28,748 nucleotides of DNA, taken from the NCBI GenBank assembly GCA_039589315.1, contig JBDHHQ010000058.1, positions 1-28,748 of the forward strand, given 5' to 3'. Source of the DNA: Gemmatimonadota bacterium. GTDB lineage: Bacteria; Gemmatimonadota; Gemmatimonadetes; Longimicrobiales; Gaopeijiaceae. The notes under the pieces are model-generated. The model saw only the letters and a list, made by a program, of their open reading frames with translations. It ran no database searches and was not told where the DNA came from. Of the stretch, positions 8,090 to 16,263 are shown in pieces (within the stretch, counting starts at the first letter, position 1; each line of letters starts with the position of its first letter). Position numbers and translations under genes: made by a program.

Positions 8090-8529
8090 GCACGGAAACC
8101 AGCACGTCGCTCCGTCTGTCCCGGGTCATCGCGGCTTCCCGCGACCGGGTCTTCGAGGCGTGGACGCGCCCCGAGCACATGCGGCAGTGGGCGTGCCCCG
8201 AGCACGCGACGATGGAGGACGTCCAGGTGGACCTGACGGTGGGGGGCCGCTACCGCATCCAGATGAAGGGGGCGGAAGGCCAGAGCTACACGGCCTACGG
8301 CGTCTACCGGGAGATCGAGCCGCCCACACGGCTGGTCTACACGTGGGATTGGGAGGAGGAGGATCATCACATGGGCGAGGACACGGTCGTTACGGTGGAG
8401 TTCAACGATCTGGGCGGGTCCACCGAGGTCGTGCTCACCCATGAAGGCTTCCCCGCCAAGGAGGTCACGGACGCTCACACCGAGGGGTGGACTTCCTGCC
8501 TGAACCGACTGCTTGGGCTGTTCGAGTAA
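8086..8529 (+). CDS. SRPBCC/AHSA1-like ligand-binding protein
   Basis: RVFEAWT.PE, DLTVGGRY, GVYREIEPPTRLVYTW, H.EGW...L..L; ATGA overlap with the ArsR gene. Confidence 0.92.
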   Translation: MSTETSTSLRLSRVIAASRDRVFEAWTRPEHMRQWACPEHATMEDVQVDLTVGGRYRIQMKGAEGQSYTAYGVYREIEPPTRLVYTWDWEEEDHHMGEDTVVTVEFNDLGGSTEVVLTHEGFPAKEVTDAHTEGWTSCLNRLLGLFE

Positions 8530-8535
8530 CGTCGG

Positions 8536-8560
8536 AACGGCCCCGCGCCACGGGGCCGTT
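8536..8560 (+). terminator. Stem-loop after the SRPBCC gene (probable terminator)
   Basis: Perfect 10-bp inverted repeat AACGGCCCCG-cgcca-CGGGGCCGTT just after the stop codon; U-tract is weak. Confidence 0.5.
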
Positions 8561-8670
8561 GGCGATCCGCACGAGATGGGGTGGTGGCGGATGGGACGGG
8601 CCCGGACGGAGCTTCTCCGACCGGGCCCGGGTGCGTGGAGGGCCCCAGACCCGCAGAGGTACGCGCTGGG

Positions 8671-10217
8671 GGCACGAGAGCCTCGCCTGAGAGATCGAGG
8701 TCTCGAGATCGTTGCGCACTCCTCGGCGCTGGGCCGAGGTTATGGGAGACTCCCCCGCACACCCTGGGCGGTGGGTCCGGATTCGGGGGCCGATCCGGTC
8801 CCGCCCGGGGCCAACGCGATCGTGGCAATGGCGAGCCTGCTGCATCGACTGAAATCGACGAAGACATCAGCCCCGATCCCGCCGACGCGTTCTTCGCCGA
8901 CGGCATCCACGCAGAGATCATCACGCACCTCGCGCGGATCCCGGGCCTCGACGTCATCTCACGAACGTCGGTGTTGCCCTATGCCACGGACGCCAAGTCG
9001 ATCATGACGATCGCTGCGGAGCTCGGCGTGGACGTCGTCCTGGAAGGGAGCGCCCGCCGTGCGGGCGACGACATCCGCGTTACCGCGCAGTTGGTGGACG
9101 GTCGCAGTGACACGCACCTTTGGGCTGCGGAGTTCGACCGGACGTGGTCGGTAGACGAGCTCTTCGCCATGCAGACCGAGATCGCCCAACAGATCACGGC
9201 GGCCCTCGAGGTCGAGCTCACGGCCGAAGAGCGGGGACGGCTCGCGACCTTCCCGACCGACAACATCGCAGCATACGAGGCCTACCTGAGGGGTACGGCC
9301 GCGGGGATGCGGTGGACCGAAGCGGGCTTCGAGGAAAGCCTGCGTCACTTCAACCGAGCCATCGAGCTCGACCCGTCTTTCGCCGAGCCGCACGCTGGCT
9401 TGGCCAACGCCTATGGAGTCCTGGCATATTTCGGGGTCCTGAGTCCCCGGGACCTCAGCCCCTGTCGCGAGCAGAGGCGATGGGCGCTCTGGCCCTGGAC
9501 TCCATGCTTGCAGAGGGGCACCGGGCGCTCGGCATGCACCACCTGACCTTCGATCGCAACTGGTCCGAGGCCGGGAAGCGGCTCGAGAGAGCCGTAGCCC
9601 TGGCGCCGTCGGATCCGGTAAGCCTCTGGGCCTACTCTGTCTACTTGACCCACGACGGAGACTTCGCCGGCGGTCGAAGGGCGATCACCCGGGCCCTGCA
9701 GCTCGACCCGCACTCCATAAACGCGTGGAACGCCAAGGGATGGAACGCGGTGGCCGAGGGGCGGCTAGCGGAGGCCCTGGCTTCGGCGGAAACGATGCTC
9801 GAGATGGACGCGTCGTCCTGGTCCGGCCTTTGGCTCAAGGGAGCGGCGTTGCGTCAGCTCGGAGACGACGAGGCTGCAAGGCCTGAGCTCGAGGCCGCCG
9901 TCACGCTTTCCGGAGGGCTACCGGGCCCGAAGGCCTCACTGGCCCACGTCCTGGCCGCCCAGGGCGAGTCCGAAGCGGTGCGGGCGATCCTGGACGAGCT
10001 CCTCGGGGCCCGTGAGGTCGCCTACGTGCCGGCCTCCCAGGTTGCTCGGGTCTACGAGGCTCTGGGCGACGCCGACGAGGCCATCCGCTGGCTGGAGCTC
10101 GCCTACGAAGAGGCAGACGGGTTTCTGCACTTGGCGAATCGGTGGCCCCGGTACGATCTCCTGCGATCGGACCCTCGATTCCAGGAGATCCTGCGACGCC
10201 TCGCGCTTCCGGAGTGA
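8671..10217 (+). pseudogene. Frameshifted TolB-like/FlgO-domain + TPR protein, probably a decayed Ser/Thr kinase-TolB-TPR gene
   Basis: FFADGIHAEII..LARIPGLDVISRTS...VLEGS.RR....RVTAQLVD...HLWA in one frame; TPRs continue in another frame after about 9454 and end with DLLRSDPRFQEILRRL; the usual SIAVLPF lead-in and a clean start are missing. Confidence 0.75.
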
Positions 10218-10337
10218 GCGTTCCCGGCCCGATTGCGGGTGAGATTCCGCTGGTCGCCAGGGCGGCGCGCCATGCCACGACCACCAGTACCGCGTCGCTC
10301 CCTGCCTGTCGCGCCCACGCTCCGAAACGTTCCAGCG

Positions 10338-10360
10338 CGTTCCGTGAAACGCACGGAACG
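10338..10360. promoter_or_regulatory. Perfect inverted repeat, candidate regulator binding site or hairpin
   Basis: CGTTCCGTG-aaacg-CACGGAACG in the intergenic region upstream of the two-component system. Confidence 0.4.
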
Positions 10361-10536
10361 TCCGTCGCCCTCGGCGCTTCACGAACTCCAACTGACATGT
10401 GGGTAAAGCCTTGGGTGCTCGGCCTCACACGAGTCCCACCGCGGCCCACCCTGTGCAGGTGTCGCGGCGGTTGCCTGGTTTACGGTATCATTCATCTCTG
10501 GAGCCCGCGACGGCGCGGGCCTGAGCTTCGCACCCA

Positions 10537-12258
10537 ATGTCGCTGAGATCCGTTCTACTCCTGGTCGTAGCCCTCGTGCTGGTGCTGGCGGCGATTCCCG
10601 CTGGCCTGCTCATGAGCCGTCAGCTCGACCAGACGCTGGACGAGCGCGCCCGGGACGACCTTCATCGTGCCGGCATGGTGCTGCAAAACCGGTGGGAGGT
10701 GACGGCGGGCATGCGCATGATGCACGCGCAGGATTTCGCCAAGGCCCCTGAATTGGCTCAGGCACTCATGGACGGGGACTCCAGCCGGGCCCGCAGCGTG
10801 ATCACGCCGTTGGCCGAGAGCTTCGCCGAGATCCCGGTCCTGTTGGCCGGTGACGGATCCGCCATCGTGGGACCCACCGGCGCTCCCATGGAGCTGGTGC
10901 AGGCCACACAGCAGGGGGACATGCCCGTTCAGGTGGTCCTGGGGGACCAGGGCCTCCACCTGCTCGCGCTGGCGCCCGTCGAGATCGACGGGGCCTGGGT
11001 GGGGGCGGCCGGGGGAGCCACGGCGTTCGGGGAGCTGGAGGCCGGCACCCTGGCGGGCCTGACGAGGTCCGGGGTCATCATCCAGGGACCGGACGGAGGC
11101 GCCCACGCCTCGACCGAGGACCCGGAGACTTCAGACCCGATCGCCGCGGCGATGATGGGCGTCCCGGTGGACTCCGTCCAGGTCGTCACGGCCGGGACTC
11201 GACGATTCTTGGCGCTGATGAGTCCAGTCTCCGGTGACGCTCGCGTCATCTTCTTCCGGGACCTGGACGACGAGCTCGCAGTGGTTCCCCGTCTCCGCCG
11301 CACCGCTCTGGTCAGCGCCGCCGGGGCCATGGGGATCGGTCTCCTGCTGAGCGTGCTGTTCGCATCCATTGTCGCGCGGCCGGTGTCCACGTTGGCGGAG
11401 GCGGCAGATCGGCTGGCGGAAGGCGACGTGGAGGCGCCGATCGCCGGATCCTCGGTGCGAGAGGTGGACCGGTTGGCTGACGCATTCGACGCCATGCGGC
11501 GCACACTGGTGGCCCGACTCGAGGACCTGGAGGCCATGAATCGTGAGCTCGAAGACCGACAGGAGCGCCTGGCGGTGCTCCAGGGTGAGCTGATACAGCG
11601 GGAACGGCTCGCCGCTGCGGGACGACTCGTGACGCACCTCGCCCACGAGATCCGCAATCCCATCGCGAGCGTGCGCAACTGCCTCGAGCTCCTGAGGCGC
11701 CGCGTGGAGAACGACCCGGAGGCCGTCCACTACGCCGACATGGCCGTGGACGAGCTACTCCGGATGCACGAGTTGGCCGAGCAGATGCTGGAGGCGCGCC
11801 GGCCCGCCGAGCCCGGCTCGTCCTGCGATGCGACGGCGGTGGCCACCGAGGTGGCGTCACTCGTCGATGCCGGCCCGGACGGGGGGGACCAGCGGGTCAC
11901 GGTCGTGGGCGGCAACGTGCAGGCGGCCGTGGCGCCGGAGGCGCTCAAGCAGGTCCTTTTCAACCTGGTGCTCAATGCCCGCGAGGCGTCGAACGGCCAG
12001 GGTCCGGTGGAAATCCTGGTCACCGCCGCGGGCGAAAGGGTGCGCATCGAGGTGCTGGACCGGGGACAGGGCATCGACGCTGAGGCCTTGCCGAGGATCT
12101 TCGATCCCTTCTTCACGACCAAAGCCGAGGTACACGGCGTGGGGCTCGGCCTCTTCACCGCCGAGGCCACCGTGCGGACCTATGGAGGCCGAATCTCGGC
12201 CGAGAACCGTGGCGACGGGCCCGGCGCCCGCTTCACGGTGGATCTCCCGGCGGCGTGA
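10537..12258 (+). CDS. Membrane sensor histidine kinase (periplasmic sensor, HAMP, HisKA, HATPase)
   Basis: Two TM segments, HAMP (EVDRLADAFDAM), H-box LAHEIRNP, N-box NLVLNAREA, D.G.G, FDPFFTTK, GVGLGL. Confidence 0.95.
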   Translation: MSLRSVLLLVVALVLVLAAIPAGLLMSRQLDQTLDERARDDLHRAGMVLQNRWEVTAGMRMMHAQDFAKAPELAQALMDGDSSRARSVITPLAESFAEIPVLLAGDGSAIVGPTGAPMELVQATQQGDMPVQVVLGDQGLHLLALAPVEIDGAWVGAAGGATAFGELEAGTLAGLTRSGVIIQGPDGGAHASTEDPETSDPIAAAMMGVPVDSVQVVTAGTRRFLALMSPVSGDARVIFFRDLDDELAVVPRLRRTALVSAAGAMGIGLLLSVLFASIVARPVSTLAEAADRLAEGDVEAPIAGSSVREVDRLADAFDAMRRTLVARLEDLEAMNRELEDRQERLAVLQGELIQRERLAAAGRLVTHLAHEIRNPIASVRNCLELLRRRVENDPEAVHYADMAVDELLRMHELAEQMLEARRPAEPGSSCDATAVATEVASLVDAGPDGGDQRVTVVGGNVQAAVAPEALKQVLFNLVLNAREASNGQGPVEILVTAAGERVRIEVLDRGQGIDAEALPRIFDPFFTTKAEVHGVGLGLFTAEATVRTYGGRISAENRGDGPGARFTVDLPAA

Positions 12259-13586
12259 GAGGGCGACTGCTGATCGTCGACGACGATCGCGTCTTCCGCA
12301 TCACCACCGCGGCCCTGCTGGAGGCAGAGGGGCACGAGGTGACACAGGCGTCCGACGCCCAGGAAGCCGTCGACGCCCTGGCCCGTGACCGGTTCGATCT
12401 GGTGCTCCTGGACCTCCGCATGCCAGGGCTGGACGGAATCTCGCTGGTGGAGGTCCTCCGCACTCGCGGCGAAGGCGTGCCGATCCTCATGATCAGCGGC
12501 TTCGCCACGGTGGACGCGGCGGTCAAAGCGCTGCACACGGGGGCTGACGACTTCCTGACCAAGCCAGTGGAGCCGGACGTGTTGCTGGGCAGGGTGGACG
12601 GCCTGCTGACCGCGCGACCAACCGGGTCCGGTGGCCCCGGCCTGGGGGGAATCGTTACGCGATCCGCCTCCATGCTACTGGTGCTGGAGGAGGTGGAGCG
12701 CGTGGCTCCCACCGAGGCCACCGTGCTGGTCACCGGGGAGACAGGCACGGGGAAGGAGCTGGTGGCCAGGGCCATCCACGAGGCGTCGGACCGTGTGGAC
12801 GGACCGTTCCTGGCCATCAACTGCGGGGCGCTGTCCGAGGGCCTGCTGGAGTCCGAGCTGTTCGGGCACGTCCGGGGCGCGTTCACGGGTGCGGTGCGGG
12901 ACAAGCAGGGCCTGTTCCTGGCCGCGAACGGCGGCACCCTGTTCCTGGACGAGGTGGGCGACGTCACCCCGGCGACCCAGCAACGGCTGTTGCGGGCCCT
13001 GGAGGAGCGGGAGTTCCTGCCGGTCGGCAGCGTCCGGCCCGTCCGCACCGACGTGCGGGTGGTGACGGCCACCAACCGTGACCTCGCCGCAGCGGTGGAG
13101 CGAGGTGACTTCCGCGAGGACCTCTACTACCGCCTCAACGTCTTCCACATCCAGCTGCCCCCGCTCCGCGAGCGCAAGGGCGACATCCCTCTCCTGGTGG
13201 AGCACTTCTTCCGTTCGCGGTCGGAGAGCGGTGGAGCTCGCGCCGCCGGGCCCCACGTCTCGCCCCTCGCCATGCGGACGCTGTTGGCCTACGCGTGGCC
13301 CGGGAATGTGCGGCAGCTGTTCTCCGTTCTCGAAAGCGCCACGGTGCGGTCGGGTTGGTCCGCGATCCACGCGCAGCATCTCCCGCCGGAGGTGTTGCCC
13401 CAGGGGACCGACGGCCCGGACTCCGGCCGGGAGCGCTACCGGGCGGGGGGCGCGGGGATCGAGCGGGAGGCAATCGTCCAGGCTCTACGCCAGGCCGACG
13501 GCGTGCGGGCTCGCGCCGCCCAACTCCTCGGCATGGGCCGGACCACGCTGTGGCGCAAGATGAAGGAGCACGGCCTCGACGACTGA
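12255..13586 (+). CDS. Sigma-54-dependent response regulator (NtrC/AtoC/ZraR family)
   Basis: REC domain (VDDD, DLRMP, FLTKP), Walker A GETGTGKE, intact GAFTGA, FLDEV, FREDLYYRL, WPGNVR, Fis HTH; GTGA overlap with the kinase. Confidence 0.96.
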   Translation: MRGRLLIVDDDRVFRITTAALLEAEGHEVTQASDAQEAVDALARDRFDLVLLDLRMPGLDGISLVEVLRTRGEGVPILMISGFATVDAAVKALHTGADDFLTKPVEPDVLLGRVDGLLTARPTGSGGPGLGGIVTRSASMLLVLEEVERVAPTEATVLVTGETGTGKELVARAIHEASDRVDGPFLAINCGALSEGLLESELFGHVRGAFTGAVRDKQGLFLAANGGTLFLDEVGDVTPATQQRLLRALEEREFLPVGSVRPVRTDVRVVTATNRDLAAAVERGDFREDLYYRLNVFHIQLPPLRERKGDIPLLVEHFFRSRSESGGARAAGPHVSPLAMRTLLAYAWPGNVRQLFSVLESATVRSGWSAIHAQHLPPEVLPQGTDGPDSGRERYRAGGAGIEREAIVQALRQADGVRARAAQLLGMGRTTLWRKMKEHGLDD

Positions 13587-13590
13587 GTCG

Positions 13591-15000
13591 TCAGGGGAAG
13601 ATGCCCCGCTCCAGGTATGCCCGGGCGACCTTGTCGATGGAGTTCACGAAGGCGCCGGTCCGCAGATCCGTTTCGAGTCGCAGCGTCGTCTCGCGCATCT
13701 CGTCGTACGCGGAGATCATGGTGTCCTCCAACCCGGAGCGCACGAGGTCGGCCTCACCGCCGCGTTTCTGAATGCGGTCGTACAGATCATTGCCGAAGAC
13801 CTTTCCGACGAGCCCCTCGACTGCCGACAGCAGCTCGTGATCCGCGGACTGCTGGAAGCGCTTGTCCATTCTTCCGAAGCGCACGTGGGACAGGTTCTTG
13901 ATCCACTCGAAATACGAAACGGTCACGCCGCCGGCGTTGAGATAGAGGTCGGGCAGGATCAGAACGCCGCGGCCGAGCAGCTTCTCGGCCGCGTCCGCCG
14001 TAACCGGGCCGTTGGCGGCCTCGGCGACGAGCTTGGCCTGTATGCGGTCGACGTTCTCTCCCGTGATCTGGCTCTCGAGCGCAGCGGGAATGAGGATATC
14101 GCAGTCCAGCTCCAGGGCGTCCAGCGTATCGGTGATGTTGGTCGCCCCGGGAAAGCCCAGAATCGATCCGGTCTCGGAGCGGTGCTCCCGGACGGCCTTC
14201 ACGTCCAGGCCCTGGGGATCGTGGATCGCTCCCTCGCGCTCGGCGATGCCAGTGATCGCCGCGCCGGCGTCCTGCAAGTAGCGGCCGGCGTGGGAGCCGA
14301 CGTTACCGAGCCCCTGGATGACCACGCGCTTGCCCTCGAGTCCGGCGTCGAGACCGAGCTTCTTCATGTCGTCCACATGGCTGCACGCTTCGCGCACCCC
14401 GAAGAAGACTCCCTGTCCGGTGGCCTCGAGACGGCCGCGGATGCCCCCCTGCGTCAGAGGTTTCCCCGTCACGCACCCGGCTGCGTCCAGCTGGTTGGTG
14501 GCCATGGCCATGTAGGTGTCGGCGATCCACGCCATCTCCTGGGGGCCGGTGCCATAGTCGGGAGCCGGGACGTCGGAGCCGGGCCCGATGAAGTTCTTGC
14601 CCATGAGCTCGAAGGTGTAGCGTCGCGTAATGCGCTCGAGCTCCGCCTCCGAATAGCCCACCCGGTCGATCCTGATGCCGCCCTTCGCTCCGCCGAAGGG
14701 GACGTCCACGAGGGCACACTTGTATGTCATCAACGACGCCAGGGCGACGACCTCGTCCTCGTCCGCAGTCGGGGCGTACCGAATGCCACCCTTGACCGGA
14801 AGACGGTGACCGCTGTGCTCGGCGCGCCAGGCCTGGATGACCTCGATCGAACCGTCGTCGCGCCGCAGCGGAAACCGCATGTGGTAGACGCTGTTGCAGA
14901 TGCGGATCTGCTCCAATAGGCCCGTCGGGTAATCCATCAGCGCGCTGGCCTTGTGGAAGTAGCGGTCCACCTGGGCGGAGAAGCTGATATGATCGGGCAT
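13591..15000 (-). CDS. gdhA: Glutamate dehydrogenase (Glu/Leu/Phe/Val dehydrogenase family)
   Basis: KGGIRY, MTYKCA, PFGGAKGG, DVPAPD, VTGKP, QGLGNVG, EAANGP, NAGGVTVSYFEW; GAGG RBS before ATG 15000. Confidence 0.93.
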   Translation of the reverse strand: MPDHISFSAQVDRYFHKASALMDYPTGLLEQIRICNSVYHMRFPLRRDDGSIEVIQAWRAEHSGHRLPVKGGIRYAPTADEDEVVALASLMTYKCALVDVPFGGAKGGIRIDRVGYSEAELERITRRYTFELMGKNFIGPGSDVPAPDYGTGPQEMAWIADTYMAMATNQLDAAGCVTGKPLTQGGIRGRLEATGQGVFFGVREACSHVDDMKKLGLDAGLEGKRVVIQGLGNVGSHAGRYLQDAGAAITGIAEREGAIHDPQGLDVKAVREHRSETGSILGFPGATNITDTLDALELDCDILIPAALESQITGENVDRIQAKLVAEAANGPVTADAAEKLLGRGVLILPDLYLNAGGVTVSYFEWIKNLSHVRFGRMDKRFQQSADHELLSAVEGLVGKVFGNDLYDRIQKRGGEADLVRSGLEDTMISAYDEMRETTLRLETDLRTGAFVNSIDKVARAYLERGIFP

Positions 15001-15181
15001 CGGAAAGTCCTCGGGGTCGTGGGTCACGGACAGCGGTGGTCAGCCCACCGATTCACGAAAGTGATCCTCCGGGTCTGGTTGGGCACCTCCGGCGGTCGCC
15101 GGCGAGCCTGCGGCAAGGCCGGTGGGACGACGCAGCGGGCAATCTCCGAGCCAGGCTCGGTCCGCGGTAGCACAGATGGGC

Positions 15182-16243
15182 CTAGTCCACAGGAGTCCGG
15201 AAGGCCAGGACCCGCGTGGGTCCGCGGCCGACCGGGGCTACCCGGACGACCTCCCGGAGCCCTCGGTGGATAGCCGCGACCTCGCCGGACCTTTCCAGGC
15301 TCACGTACAGCGGCTCGCCGTCCGGGTGGAGCGTCAGCCAGTGGGGTCCGCCAGGCACGGGAATCGCGGCCAACTCCTGGCCTTCGGGCATGAGAAACGC
15401 GTACATCGTGTCCGTCCCGTACGCGGCGACCCACAGCTCCCGCTGGTCCGGCGTGAGAAGGACGCCGTGGGTGTACGTGTCCAAGACGGGCACCGGGACG
15501 TCTTCCGGAATGGCGTATTCGACCCGGTCCACGATCTCGTCGGCGGTCAGGTCCAGGGTGACGAAGCCGATGAGTCCGGAGAGCGCCACGTAGGCGAGCC
15601 GTCCGTCGTCGGTGAAGGCCACGGGCCTGGGTACGCCGCCCACCGGGATCTTGCGGGTGATCTCCAGGGTGGCGGGATCGATCACCGCGATGAGGTCGTC
15701 GCCCATGGAGGTGGAGTAGACGTCGCCGTCGGGAGCCAGGTAGGCATTGTGCCCGCCCGCACCAGTGGGCAGCGACCGCACCCGCTCCATGGACCCGGTG
15801 TCCACGACGTCGGTGCCCCCGGCTGCCCGGAGCGGCACGAACAGGTAGCGGCCGGCCGGGCCGAGGGCGGGCTCGTTGGGAACGTCGCCCACCGCCGCCC
15901 GACCCAGAATGCGGTGGGTCGCCACGTCGACCTTGATGACCTCGCTGCTGGCCTCGAGGGTGATGTACAGCGTCCGGCCGTCGGGTGACGCCACGATCCC
16001 GTGGGGGCGGGGACCCGTGTCGATGGAGTCGATCACCTCGAGGGTGCTCGGGTCCAGCCGGCGCACGCCCTCGTAGCGGTCGACCGCGTACAGGCGGACG
16101 TGGCCTTCCGTCGGGGCGGCAGCCACCGCTGCTGCGTCGGACGGCGGCCTCCCCTCTCCGTCGGGCCGCTGGCACCCGCCGATCCAGCCCAGGGCGAGGA
16201 CGACCGGGGCGAGCCGGAGGGCCGGGCGGGAGGTCGTCAGCAT
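15182..16243 (-). CDS. YncE/YVTN-type beta-propeller lipoprotein
   Basis: Lipobox-like LALGWIGGC; about seven repeats of the type G..P.G....PDG..LYV. An alternative start at 16267 overlaps the ligase stop (ATGA). Confidence 0.85.
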   Translation of the reverse strand: MLTTSRPALRLAPVVLALGWIGGCQRPDGEGRPPSDAAAVAAAPTEGHVRLYAVDRYEGVRRLDPSTLEVIDSIDTGPRPHGIVASPDGRTLYITLEASSEVIKVDVATHRILGRAAVGDVPNEPALGPAGRYLFVPLRAAGGTDVVDTGSMERVRSLPTGAGGHNAYLAPDGDVYSTSMGDDLIAVIDPATLEITRKIPVGGVPRPVAFTDDGRLAYVALSGLIGFVTLDLTADEIVDRVEYAIPEDVPVPVLDTYTHGVLLTPDQRELWVAAYGTDTMYAFLMPEGQELAAIPVPGGPHWLTLHPDGEPLYVSLERSGEVAAIHRGLREVVRVAPVGRGPTRVLAFRTPVD

Positions 16244-16263
16244 AGGCCCATCGCCCTTTCCCG

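Noticed and set aside
8581..8860. The ORF-track N-terminus (MVADGTGPDG...) as the real start of the TolB-like/TPR protein
   Set aside because: The translation is not protein-like, has no convincing RBS and lacks the conserved SIAVLPF strand; it is better explained as decayed sequence.
10262..10277. Minus-strand TGGCATG...GC as a functional sigma-54 promoter
   Set aside because: The -12 GC is one base out of register and no gene lies downstream; kept only as a possible relic in the findings.
10460..10475. TGTCGCG-N4-TTGC upstream of the histidine kinase as a sigma-54 promoter
   Set aside because: It lacks the invariant GG at -25/-24.
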